Positions 1 to 9,059 of a DNA stretch of 64,000 nucleotides are shown here, one piece after another. A model generated the notes under the pieces. It had not been told where the DNA came from. It saw only the letters and a list, made by a program, of their open reading frames with translations, and did not search any database. The stretch is from an uncultured bacterium (lineage in GTDB: Bacteria > Patescibacteriota > Minisyncoccia > UBA6257 > 2-01-FULL-56-20). The DNA lies in NCBI GenBank assembly GCA_963844965.1, contig CAWJQC010000009.1:62037-126036 (forward strand), read 5' to 3'. The translations under genes and the position numbers were made by a program. Each line of letters starts with the position of its first letter. The first letter of the stretch is position 1.

Positions 1-1487
1 TCGTCTTTTTTCCCTCAAAATTCAAGCGTGCAACGACTTCCGCCGCGCACTCGGCAAATTCCCTTACCTCGTTCCATTGGGGCAAAATAAAGTCATTCTG
101 GCGCTCTCCCGCCTCTGGCGGCTTTGGCATCCTGCTTTCCAGTAAAGCAACCCGTGCCCGTAAATCGCTCTTGTATTCCTTCAGCTTCTCCATGCCTATC
201 AGCCCCGCCCCGTATGCCCTGTCATAGCGAGCTTCCTCGTCTTTCAACTTCTCAACGTCCCTTTTGAAATTGAAAATGGATATATCGGGGCGCGCCGCGC
301 TTTCTTTCTTTTTCCCGATAAACTTCTGCGCGTTTTTCATCATCAGTTCCGGCGAAGTCATAATCCCTGCCGTCTTTTTCCATACGAGCGCATCGGCTAT
401 CCTCGCGTTTATTCCCCGCTCGGCGCACTTCGGAGGCAAGGGGAAGCTGTGAACCCTATCCGTGCAGCGATAATAAAGATGTTTCCCGCGCTGCGGGCCT
501 TCTCCGGCCCGCCTTCTCCCGCATCCGCAGTAAATCTTCCCGCTCAAAAGATACTCGTTTTTCCGGTTTCGCTGGCACTCCGCGAAATTTACCGCAAGTT
601 GCCGCGCCGCCCGCTCAAATAATTCTCGGCTGATGAGGGCGGGTGTCGTTATTTTTATCCACTCCTCCTCCGGCCTCACCTTGCGGCTCGTCTTTTTGAT
701 TCTCCGGTAGCCCTCTTTCTTAAACGGATTCTCCGGCACGACGGCATAAGAGCTTCCATAATGCCCTTCGCCTATGTAGGTTTTATTCCTCAAAAGCGTT
801 GAAAGGGTGCTGGTATTCCAAACGCCCCGCGCGCTCCAGCGCGGCGCTATGCCCGCTTTCATAAGCTCCTTCACAACCTGCCGCAAAGTAAGCCCGTCAT
901 CGGCAATCCACGAAAATATCTTTTTAACAACGGTTGCCTCTTGTTCGTTGATTTCATAGCAGCCATGTTTCCCATCCGTTTCTTTTTTCGGCTTAAAAAT
1001 ATAGCCGTAGGGAGCTTCGCTGGTAATAATATGCCCCTCTTTTGCCTTCCGCAGTTTCCCAAGCCGGAAGCGCTCGGCGATTTTCGCCCTCTCATACTCG
1101 GCAAAAAGCCCCCTAACACCGTGCAGGATTTTCTCCTCGCTATTTTTCGGACGGAATGGTAACGAACAATACTTCAACTCCCGCCTCCCGTAGTTCGTCC
1201 ATCACCAATTCCTGATAAGAGTAGCGGCGGGCCAACCTATCTGGGTCATAAATCAAAACCGCTTCCCATATCTTCTTTTTCACGTCCTGCCGGAGCTGGT
1301 CGAGTTGAGGCCGCACGAGCGTGTCCCCGCTCCAGCCGTTATCAATGTATTCCTGCACGATGGTGTAGCCATTTTTCACGGCAAACTCCCGAACGGCGAC
1401 AAGCTGGGTTTCAATAGTGCCTTCATCCGGCGAGGTGCTGACACGGGCGTATATGGCAATCAATTTTATGATGGCGGCTTCGTTCAT
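1..1487 (-). CDS. large serine recombinase (resolvase-type catalytic domain + recombinase domain + Zn ribbon + coiled coil); runs past window start; frame broken at an A5 run near 1140-1160
   Basis: ORF 1140..1487 is a resolvase N-terminal catalytic domain (IAIYARVSTS, catalytic Ser). My manual translation of minus strand 1..1160 in the neighbouring frame is stop-free. It reads ILHGVRGLFAEYERAKIAERFRLGKLRKAKEG...SEAPYGY...GKIYCGCG...HLYYRCTDR, which is a recombinase domain plus Zn ribbon. The frames meet at ccgaaaaatagc; one extra A would fuse them. Confidence 0.8.
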
Positions 1488-1711
1488 CGTTTCGTGTTCT
1501 TATGTTTGCTTAAAAACTTTTGATATTCGCTTTTCGGTATGCGCCAGAGCGCCGTCCCTTTGCCGAGTTTATACCCGACCAACAGCCCCTTTTGAAGCCA
1601 GCGTTGAACTGTGCGGGGATGTATCCGCAGATTTTTAGCGATTTCGTCTTTCGTGAGAAACTCCATGCTTTTAATTCTATTCCCAATAGTCGCAGTTGTC
1701 AAAATTGTCAA
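1484..1711 (-). CDS. excisionase-family helix-turn-helix DNA-binding protein (Xis-like)
   Basis: 75 aa. LTKDEIAKNLRIHPRTVQRWLQKGLL...YKLGKG..WRI fits the excisionase/MerR-like HTH pattern. Its stop overlaps the recombinase start as ATGA. Confidence 0.6.
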   Translation of the reverse strand: MTILTTATIGNRIKSMEFLTKDEIAKNLRIHPRTVQRWLQKGLLVGYKLGKGTALWRIPKSEYQKFLSKHKNTKR

Positions 1712-1771
1712 AAGTGGACATCTTACCCCACCACCCCACTCACTATATCGTAGGCGTAAAACAATAGTGAG

Positions 1772-3298
1772 TTAGAGGGTGGGGTAAATGAGCATCCTCC
1801 TTCTATCGTCAGGGTCTGCTTCTTGGGCTATCAGTCCGGCATTTTCCAGCATCGGGATAATCTGTTGTCGCAAAAGCCAATCTGGGAGCGGCCGTCCATA
1901 CACTTGGAAGTGTTTTTGCGTTATTTCCCGTCTTGTAAGCCCGCATGGGGCGCTCGCCATACCATCATCATTCCTGCTTTGGTTCTTCTCCTCCCATAGA
2001 GGAATAATCACTTCGTTGAAAATCTGGTATACATACGGCGGCAGGTTCAGCTCTTGGCTTTCAGATATAGCGTCCCACACTTTAAAGGCATTTTTGATGT
2101 CATCCTCATTCGCCACGATGGTTGAGCCGTCTCTCTCCCTGAACCAAACATTCAACAAGGCAAATGCCTTAATAAGTGATAAAATACGTCCGATGTCTCG
2201 CTGGTGGCGCGGCTTCAACCTCTTGTTTGCGCTGAAAAATCCCTCCCCCACTTTTTCCGGCGTGCCTATTTTTATGTCGCTTATATGCGCCTGCCTAATT
2301 GCCAGTATCCGCTCTTTAAGAAGTTTGCGCTCCGGCTTTTCGTCCAACGCCAGTTGGTATGCTTCATTGTCGGCTTCTTTTCGTATTTTCTCATAAATTG
2401 CCTCCCGTATCTTTTCTTGGTCTGTCTGGGGACTTAACAATATAAATCTCGTCGTTTCCTGCTCGTCTGCTTTTAGTCCCGCCGTGCAAAAAATAACGGA
2501 GGGAAACCCCCTTAAAAATATATTTTTCGTTTTTAGCCCGCCTCGCTGTGTCTTATCGGTAATCTTGAGCTTTATCTCTTTTCTATCGTGCGAAAGTAGC
2601 GGGCGGAGATGTTGGAGAAGCAAGGTATGTGGCTGGTCAAGAAAAATGAGAATCTTACGGGACAAATCAACGACAAGTTCATTCGTCTCTTTTCTATACT
2701 CTTTTGCCTTATCGTGGAAAAATGCCGTTGGTGAGCAGTAGCCAAGTTCAATAATATCTTCTTGCGGAAATAATTGAGCAATTTCTGTTGGGATATAAGA
2801 TTTACCAGTTGAAGAGGGGGCATTAAAACTGATATTGAGTTGTGCGTTCTCGGTATAGGCGGAAAGCTCGCAAAGGAAAGTAATGAGCTTATTCTCTTCG
2901 TCTTTTTTGATGGTTATGCCAAGTATTTTAAGAATCTCTTCGGATGAAAGCGGCTTGAATTGCGAGGTGTCAATCGGCATTTCCGGCGCTGGTTCGGAGT
3001 TTGTGTCCGCCAAAGGAGGTGTTTCGGCTGCATCTGCTATCGCCCTTCTCTCTTTAGGAATGGTCTCTTGGGTTTCCTCAATTCCCATTTCCTTCAGGAT
3101 TTCGGTCAGTTCTGCTTCTTTTCTACAAAACCAACAAGTGCCACGCCCAGTTTCTGTATTGATATGTAGCGCATCCTTCGTGCCAGAGACAGCATCGGCG
3201 CAATAAGGACAGCCGATTCTTAAGAAGTTGCCCACGACTTCATACTCTATCTTATTTTTGTTGAGTAGTTTCTTTAGGTCTATTAGATTTATTTTCAT
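1772..3298 (-). CDS. primase/replication-like protein with N-terminal CxxC...CxxC zinc finger and P-loop NTPase motif
   Basis: 508 aa. GCPYCAD...CWFCRK is a zinc-binding motif; NAPSSTGKSY is a Walker-A-like motif. This architecture is typical of plasmid/phage primase-helicase-like replication proteins. Confidence 0.45.
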   Translation of the reverse strand: MKINLIDLKKLLNKNKIEYEVVGNFLRIGCPYCADAVSGTKDALHINTETGRGTCWFCRKEAELTEILKEMGIEETQETIPKERRAIADAAETPPLADTNSEPAPEMPIDTSQFKPLSSEEILKILGITIKKDEENKLITFLCELSAYTENAQLNISFNAPSSTGKSYIPTEIAQLFPQEDIIELGYCSPTAFFHDKAKEYRKETNELVVDLSRKILIFLDQPHTLLLQHLRPLLSHDRKEIKLKITDKTQRGGLKTKNIFLRGFPSVIFCTAGLKADEQETTRFILLSPQTDQEKIREAIYEKIRKEADNEAYQLALDEKPERKLLKERILAIRQAHISDIKIGTPEKVGEGFFSANKRLKPRHQRDIGRILSLIKAFALLNVWFRERDGSTIVANEDDIKNAFKVWDAISESQELNLPPYVYQIFNEVIIPLWEEKNQSRNDDGMASAPCGLTRREITQKHFQVYGRPLPDWLLRQQIIPMLENAGLIAQEADPDDRRRMLIYPTL

Positions 3299-3466
3299 CT
3301 TAATTTTTGATTATTTTGTTAAAATCTTTCATCTTTCGCGCCCGCCACAACTCTAACGCCTTCTCAAACACCCGATTATAGGCCCGCTCCACTCTGCATC
3401 TGCGCTCCATATCCTCATCCTCCGTCATCCCTGCGGGCTCGTGATAAAATATTTTCAATGGCGTTC
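3299..3466 (-). CDS. small hypothetical protein (56 aa), translationally coupled on both sides
   Basis: Found by manual translation: MRTPLKIFYHEPAGMTEDEDMERRCRVERAYNRVFEKALELWRARKMKDFNKIIKN. Its ATG overlaps the upstream stop as ATGA, and its stop abuts the ATG of the primase-like gene. It is below the 60-aa cutoff of the ORF track. Confidence 0.35.
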
Positions 3467-3718
3467 TCATTGGCTTTCGTAGAGCCGCCCCTTAATAATC
3501 CGCATCGCGTTGAAGTAGGCCGCCGGCTCGACCTTTAGCTCCCCGCGCCAGTAGCCCGTAATCAGTTCGTCCAATTTGGCATCCCGCTTGAAAATGAACT
3601 GCGCCTTGCGTGGATTCTCGCGGTCTATTGCTTCGAGCGGATAGAAAAGCGAAAGTGCCGTCGCGAGGGCGAGGTCTTGTGTCTTTACCAAATCATTTTC
3701 GTTTAATCGCGGAATCAT
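3467..3718 (-). CDS. small conserved mobile-element-associated protein (DUF5659-like, recalled from memory)
   Basis: 83 aa. VKTQDLALATALSLFYPLEAIDRENPRKAQFIFKRD...YWRGELKV resembles small proteins often found beside integrases. Confidence 0.35.
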   Translation of the reverse strand: MIPRLNENDLVKTQDLALATALSLFYPLEAIDRENPRKAQFIFKRDAKLDELITGYWRGELKVEPAAYFNAMRIIKGRLYESQ

Positions 3719-3819
3719 TCATGGCGATGACTCCGGCGAAATTAAAAAGCCGAAGCTCATCATGCTTCGACTTTACTAAATCGTCAGGTGAGTCAATTAC
3801 GACTCAATTGCTTCACATC

Positions 3820-4596
3820 TTAATAATTCCGTTTTATTGTTTTTTCTTGCCAAGTAAATAATTCGTCATCTGTGTTGCACACTTCTTTTATCCGTTTGTT
3901 CAGGGCATCCATAGCGTCATAAACCACTCGCCAGTTTTCTCTGGTTGCTGGCGGTTTCCCGAAAAATGCTTTGTAATATCCGACTATTCCCTCATAAATT
4001 TTAGACCAATCTATGGGTTCGCTCGCTCTATACTCATACATCGCACGACAAAGAAAATGCTCATTTTTATAGGGTGGAATTTGGCAATTTTGAGTTCCAA
4101 TGTACAACAGCGCCTTATCATCGTCATATTTTATCCCCATAGATTTTAGGCTAATTTTTGGTTTTGTGGTATTTTCTATCGTTTCTTTTTCATCGCCATC
4201 CGGTTTTGGAGCGATGGCATCAAATTTTTCCGTGTCAATCTCCAAAATATAAACCGGCTTATCGTAATCCTTATCTGGAGAAGAAACGAAGTTTGGCCGC
4301 TTTGGATAGGTGGGTTGCGGCGCATGAGGCGCAAACATGTGTATCTTTTTAAGAACAACGCGACCTTGCGCCATCCTCTCAAATCCTAATTTTATATCTT
4401 GGTCATCTAAACCCTCACTTAAGAGTTTCTCATGATATATCGGAATGTGAAGCGTTTTAATGCCAAACGGCCTCCGGTATTCCAGCGCATCATCTATTAC
4501 TCCTAAAAGTATTTCATATTTATTCTTCATTTTCATTGTCATTATTGCCTTTATTTTACCACCTTTTCCGCGCTCCGGCAACATAAAATCAGACAA
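3820..4596 (-). CDS. hypothetical protein (element cargo)
   Basis: 258-aa ORF with no recognisable motifs. The start may be the internal MKMKNKYEI. Confidence 0.4.
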   Translation of the reverse strand: MSDFMLPERGKGGKIKAIMTMKMKNKYEILLGVIDDALEYRRPFGIKTLHIPIYHEKLLSEGLDDQDIKLGFERMAQGRVVLKKIHMFAPHAPQPTYPKRPNFVSSPDKDYDKPVYILEIDTEKFDAIAPKPDGDEKETIENTTKPKISLKSMGIKYDDDKALLYIGTQNCQIPPYKNEHFLCRAMYEYRASEPIDWSKIYEGIVGYYKAFFGKPPATRENWRVVYDAMDALNKRIKEVCNTDDELFTWQEKTIKRNY

Positions 4597-4791
4597 AAAA
4601 CCGCCCCTTGCCGGCGGAAAATTCTCCCATTACGGATTACAGAAGGGGGTGGCAGGAGGGGCTGGAGATACCCTTTTTAGCGCCCCCATCATATCACTGG
4701 TGCTCATACGCACGCATCCCCTTAATATCGGGGGCATTGATACATACCCGATCCGATACCTGACCCTATGCTGTTTCCTTATAAAACCGCA

Positions 4792-5067
4792 CTAACGCCA
4801 AACGAGGGGAAAAACCGCCATCGCGCCCTTTGAGGCCTGCTTTTTCTTTGGCTTTTTTCGCTCCTCCTTCGGAAGTTCGGGAATCCCATGCTCATCCGCC
4901 AGCATCACCTCGCTATGGTATATGCGCCATTTCCTGCCTATCTTAAAGCCCCGCAACTGCCCTCTTTCAAGGAAGCGGCGAATAGTTTTGATACTCACGG
5001 CCCAATGCCGCGCTAAATTTCTGGTCGTCCAAGAGCGTTGGACAATAAGCGCTTCGTCTCTGTCCAT
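4792..5067 (-). CDS. excisionase-family HTH DNA-binding protein
   Basis: WTTRNLARHWAVSIKTIRRFLERGQLRGFKIGRKWRI matches the helix-turn-helix / excisionase pattern. Confidence 0.5.
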   Translation of the reverse strand: MDRDEALIVQRSWTTRNLARHWAVSIKTIRRFLERGQLRGFKIGRKWRIYHSEVMLADEHGIPELPKEERKKPKKKQASKGAMAVFPLVWR

Positions 5068-5297
5068 GGATTGACTTCCTCCTTTGGGGCTTCGGCCAAG
5101 CCCTCGCGGGTTAATCGTAGCGCCTCCTCGTAGGGTATGCGGCGCAATTTTCCGAGCTTCACGCTTCTTATCTTCTGGCTTTTAATCCACCGGTTAATGG
5201 TCGCTATGCTGACGGAAAGCTGACGGGCGAGTTCCTTTGTTTTCCACGCGCGCTCCACAAAGTATTCGTTGTAGCTCATGGTATAATTATACTCCAT
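5013..5297 (-). CDS. excisionase-family HTH DNA-binding protein (second copy)
   Basis: WKTKELARQLSVSIATINRWIKSQKIRSVKLGKLRRI. It overlaps the previous ORF by 55 nt, so the downstream gene probably uses a later start. Confidence 0.5.
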   Translation of the reverse strand: MEYNYTMSYNEYFVERAWKTKELARQLSVSIATINRWIKSQKIRSVKLGKLRRIPYEEALRLTREGLAEAPKEEVNPWTETKRLLSNALGRPEI

Positions 5298-5369
5298 GCG
5301 AGCATCATCTTATCCCCATCCACATCCACAACGCTTTACTTTAGCCCACAGATTGCTATTATTCAAATC

Positions 5370-5957
5370 ATGGCAGAGCCAATATCGCAGGAGAAGGAGG
5401 TTGTTTACATCAATTATTTTGACGGAATTGATATGGAAAGGGTGCGCCTCTTGATGGGCGTTTGCACACAAATTTTAGGCCAACTCAAACCAAAAACTTT
5501 ATATTTTCTTTTCGCATCTCCTGGGGGACAGGTGGATGCAGGTATCGCTTTGTATAATTTTCTTAAAGCCATTCCTCCAAAAATCGTGATGCACAATATG
5601 AGTTCGGTGGATTCAATTGGAACTGTAGTTTTTCTTGCTGGGGATGAACGATACGCCTCTCCAAACACCACTTTCCTTTTCCATGGTGTGAGTACTCAAT
5701 TCCAGAAAGAAGCTGCCCTTAATTTAAGTCAAATCAAAGAAATAGAAAGCCGGCTCTCGGAAGACCAAAATAAAATAGCTGGTATCATTGCTGACAACAG
5801 CCAAATTACAAAAGAAGAGGTGCAAAGGTTATTCGCTCAAGGAGAAACTAAATCCTTGGACTTCGCCAAGCAAAAAGGGTTCATCACTGACATTAAATCC
5901 CTCCGCCTCTCTCACGAGGATGTTCTTATCAATGTTGGTTTCCAAAGTAAGGGATAG
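5370..5957 (+). CDS. ClpP-family (S14) serine peptidase-like protein
   Basis: 195 aa. LYFLFASPGGQVDAGIALYNFLKAIPPKIVMHNMSSVDSIGTVVFLAGDERYASPNTTFLFHGVS parallels the ClpP core (NSPGG...catalytic Ser...His). It is divergently transcribed from the HTH genes. Confidence 0.6.
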   Translation: MAEPISQEKEVVYINYFDGIDMERVRLLMGVCTQILGQLKPKTLYFLFASPGGQVDAGIALYNFLKAIPPKIVMHNMSSVDSIGTVVFLAGDERYASPNTTFLFHGVSTQFQKEAALNLSQIKEIESRLSEDQNKIAGIIADNSQITKEEVQRLFAQGETKSLDFAKQKGFITDIKSLRLSHEDVLINVGFQSKG

Positions 5958-6300
5958 CTTTTCCCGTTCTAAATAGGGAAATCCCGCATAGAAGTAATTG
6001 GTGTCAGACAACTTTTTTTCTTTTTCCGGCATAGTCATGTACCCAGTATACCAAATCTCCACAACGGTGCAAATGCGTCCACGGTTTTAATTTAATTGCG
6101 CTAATTACTGAAAAAACGATAGCAAACTCCATGTATTGTCTGGATACTTATCGTCTCGTTATATATGTTATTATCCCCTATACTGGCGCAATCTACCTCC
6201 TCAAATATGCCCGTAGAATAAGTCCCATTATTATCGTGAATGGTATTATACATAATTGTGTTTGCATCAAAAATACCATCGCCATTATTTTGAATATTGT

Positions 6301-8118
6301 TTAGCAGTACCTTGTCGCCGTCAAAAATTCCCGCATAATGGCGGCCTGTCCCACCGGACCCATCGGGAGCTTGCCATATACATACCCGCCTTTAGCTGAA
6401 TTTTGAATTGTTAAATATTGAATTGTGCTGTTTTTTGCCCCCACTACTGTATTCCCGGTATTACTACCGTCTATTATTGTTTTATTTTCATCTTCTCCGT
6501 AAATACTAACTCCATCTTTTAGCACAACATTTTCATAATAAGTACCGTCGGCTATTTTAATATTATCTCCGCTTTGAGCGGCGTTTATTGCCGCTTGAAT
6601 TGTTGGATAATCGGCTGGCACATTAATGACATTTTGCAATTGCGTAGAAAAAGATTTTTGATCGCTCGTAGCCGTATTACCACTTTTATCAGAAGCGTTT
6701 ATTTTATAATTATAAATTGTCCCCGGTAATAATCCTGTAACAGAAATACTGTGGCTCGTTGAAAGCGTGGAATCAGATAATACTAATACGTCATAATCTC
6801 CAAAGGGAGAATATGATAATTGGATGGTACTGGGTTCGTCTGTTGTGAGTGAAATCACCGCAGAATTTGTGGTTGTATTAGATGATTGGATATTAGATAT
6901 TACGGGTGGCATGCTATCGCAAGAGGTCGTCTCGTCAGGTTTTCCAGTAGTAATTCCACAATGCATCAAATCGTTGCAGGTTCGTGTTTGTTGAGAATTT
7001 GCACAAGTGCTCCATGAGCCACATTGCCAGTTAGGAGTACACGTACATGATTGCGTCAAAGCCGGTTCTCCGGTTGAAACGCCGCAACTGTTTGAATCGT
7101 TGCAGGTTCGTGTTTGCATAGAATTCAAGCAGGTGTTCCAATTTGTGCATTGCCAATTTGGGGTACAATTAACCGTTGTTGAACAACTGGTAGTTTGAGT
7201 TTGCCCGCCAAAATTAACAGTAAGATTGGCTGTTTTAGTACCTGCTTGAGAAAAAGAATTTGAACAGCTTGATTTAGACCCAACACAATCACCAGTCCAA
7301 GAATAAATATAAGTACCAGTTCCTCCTAAAATTGCGACAGAGGAAGAAAATGTTACCGATTGGTTTGTTTGGTATGAGTTTGAATTTGCCGAACAAGAAA
7401 CGGAAAGCGTTGCTGTGGGCGGAGTGCACGATTGAGTTAAAATTGGCTCTCCGGTTGCAACTCCACAATTATTTGAATTGCTACAAGTCCTCATTTGTTG
7501 GGAATTTGCACAAGTGCTCCATGAGCCACATTGCCAATTTGGAGTACATGCTGGTGGCGTAGTATTTTGTTGAATTTGCTGAAGCGTTTGATTTGTTTGC
7601 TGTTGGGCCGCTAACTGTTTTTGCAACAAGGCAACCTGCTGCAGAAGTGCGCTCAATTGCGACTGCAGTGAATTATTAATGTCATTCGTAGTTGCGGGCG
7701 GCGTTGGAGTTGGCGGCGTTGAACTGGTTTCCGCAATCGCCTGCGCGTTGGATGCCGAAAGCTGTTGCGACAATATCGCGTTTGCTGCCGTTCTTGTGAG
7801 CGGCCCGAAATATCCCGCGGGTGGCGTTATGTCTTGAGTAGTTTGGAATTGCTTGACCCCCGCGAGCGTCAAAGAAAAGAAATTGCCGCTGATTGGGCCG
7901 GAATATACGCCTTGAGATGTAAGAAATTCTTGGAGCTTGGTAACGTCGGAATCGCCCTGTATGCCGAAATATAAATCTTTTGTGAATAAGGTTTGCGCCT
8001 TGACCACTGGAATACCAAAGGAAGCCACGAGAAGAACTGCGATAACAAATTTTTTCATATTCATTTTCATTGTTTTCATGGCACTCTTTTTTCTAACGAA
8101 CAACATTAACCATCGCAC
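6301..8118 (-). CDS. secreted cell-surface protein: signal peptide, peptidoglycan-binding-like domain, Q-rich coiled coil, 4 tandem Cys-rich modules, right-handed beta-helix C-terminus; C-terminus probably extends to about 6060 through a frameshift
   Basis: The likely start is the internal MKKFVIAVLLVASF signal peptide. LQEFLTSQGVYSGPISGNFFSLTLAGVKQFQ is a PG-binding-like motif. CTPNWQC(G/T)(S/N)W(S/N)TC.NS.Q.RTC repeats four times. In another frame, rc of 6060..6300 reads NNIQNNGDGIFDANTIMYNTIHDNNGTYSTGIF, which is more beta-helix repeats. The N-terminal 200 aa are paralogous to 42233..44319. Confidence 0.6.
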   Translation of the reverse strand: MRWLMLFVRKKSAMKTMKMNMKKFVIAVLLVASFGIPVVKAQTLFTKDLYFGIQGDSDVTKLQEFLTSQGVYSGPISGNFFSLTLAGVKQFQTTQDITPPAGYFGPLTRTAANAILSQQLSASNAQAIAETSSTPPTPTPPATTNDINNSLQSQLSALLQQVALLQKQLAAQQQTNQTLQQIQQNTTPPACTPNWQCGSWSTCANSQQMRTCSNSNNCGVATGEPILTQSCTPPTATLSVSCSANSNSYQTNQSVTFSSSVAILGGTGTYIYSWTGDCVGSKSSCSNSFSQAGTKTANLTVNFGGQTQTTSCSTTVNCTPNWQCTNWNTCLNSMQTRTCNDSNSCGVSTGEPALTQSCTCTPNWQCGSWSTCANSQQTRTCNDLMHCGITTGKPDETTSCDSMPPVISNIQSSNTTTNSAVISLTTDEPSTIQLSYSPFGDYDVLVLSDSTLSTSHSISVTGLLPGTIYNYKINASDKSGNTATSDQKSFSTQLQNVINVPADYPTIQAAINAAQSGDNIKIADGTYYENVVLKDGVSIYGEDENKTIIDGSNTGNTVVGAKNSTIQYLTIQNSAKGGYVYGKLPMGPVGQAAIMREFLTATRYC

Positions 8119-8296
8119 AATCTCCTTCGTAACACTTTAGAAGGTCTAATATACTGCCTGCAGGGTTGTTGCTGTAAATATCGGATGTTGTTTTATAAAT
8201 CTTTTCCAACTGCGAGGAAATGCGAAACAGTAAAACAATCGCCACTATCAGCAAAGCGACTATTACCCATAGGGGGCTCGTAGATTTTAAATCCAT
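8093..8296 (-). CDS. small hypothetical membrane protein
   Basis: 67 aa with one hydrophobic helix (WVIVALLIVAIVLLF). Weak call. Confidence 0.25.
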   Translation of the reverse strand: MDLKSTSPLWVIVALLIVAIVLLFRISSQLEKIYKTTSDIYSNNPAGSILDLLKCYEGDCAMVNVVR

Positions 8297-8302
8297 AAAA
8301 AT

Positions 8303-8518
8303 TTATTTTTTATCAGCCCAAAGTTTGTAAAGAATGAAGGTAATAATTCCAAAGAAAATAAAGAAGAATGGAACAGTGATTAAGCTCCCAATTATAACTG
8401 TATAGCCGTTGAGAGAATATCTCCCATCAAGAACGCCCAGAAAATATGAAGAATAGAACCCAACAATCGGAGATAAAATTAAATAAATAGTGATGATTAT
8501 TTTTTGAGATTTATTCAT
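8303..8518 (-). CDS. small hypothetical membrane protein
   Basis: 71 aa with two hydrophobic helices. Weak call. Confidence 0.25.
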   Translation of the reverse strand: MNKSQKIIITIYLILSPIVGFYSSYFLGVLDGRYSLNGYTVIIGSLITVPFFFIFFGIITFILYKLWADKK

Positions 8519-8544
8519 ATAATTTTATTTTTCCATATTTTAAA

Positions 8545-8930
8545 TCTAACCAAAAAGGGACTAACCGCACCACCTTGCGTCCCACAGTTTCAGACACCAC
8601 GAGGGCATCTTTAGTGGAAGATGGGCGATTAGCCCCTTCCTGCACTAAAGAAAAACCCTCTGGCGACACAAAACCGTAGGACGCACCTTTACTATACCAC
8701 GATAGCCCCGCAAGGCAACAAAAGCAACCGCCCGTTCGTGGGGCGATGTCCCACTCTTTTTTGAAACTCCAAAGAAAACTAACCCTATGGGGTTAAATCA
8801 AAAAGCCGGCGCGGACTTTCCCGCCGGCCCGAAACCGCGCCGAAATTGAATCACCGCCCCGCCCCCGCCGTGCCGCTCAAAGCCGGTCTGCGCCCTCTCG
8901 CTGGAAACGGCATCCTAATCGTAAATTCAA
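8545..8930 (-). ncRNA. rnpB: candidate RNase P RNA (bacterial type)
   Basis: The minus strand reads ...GGCGGGAAAGUCCGCGCCGGC...ACCCCAUAGGGUUAG... This matches the universal P4 5'-strand GGAAAGUCCGGGC and the downstream CCAUAGGG motif. Near the 3' end, GGUGCGGUUAG can pair back to GUCCGCGCC as a P4 3' strand. The stretch is a 390-nt non-coding gap between genes. The only ORFs there, 8846..9049 on both strands, look spurious. Confidence 0.45.
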
Positions 8931-9059
8931 ATGGAATCAGTTTTAATCTGCCTTCGCTCTCAACCCCGTGTCGTGTTGTGTTCGCTCCATACCTATGGAT
9001 AGTTTCATTTGTGTTAATATTAAAGAAAAGTCGCGTAATTAACAAATAGTATAAACGAT

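Noticed and set aside
1788-2396. Many long ORFs antisense to confident genes, e.g. 1788..2396 (+), 14689..14970 (+), 35635..36210 (+), 58670..59296 (+)
   Set aside because: Shadow ORFs opposite well-supported genes (primase-like, histidine kinase, uvrA, atpB). Low-complexity translations, no independent signals.
8846-9049. Pair of mutually antisense ORFs (67 aa on +, 64 aa on -) in the gap upstream of the secreted protein
   Set aside because: Low-complexity Pro/Ala/Arg-rich translations that mirror each other. The region is better explained as the 5' part of the candidate RNase P RNA.
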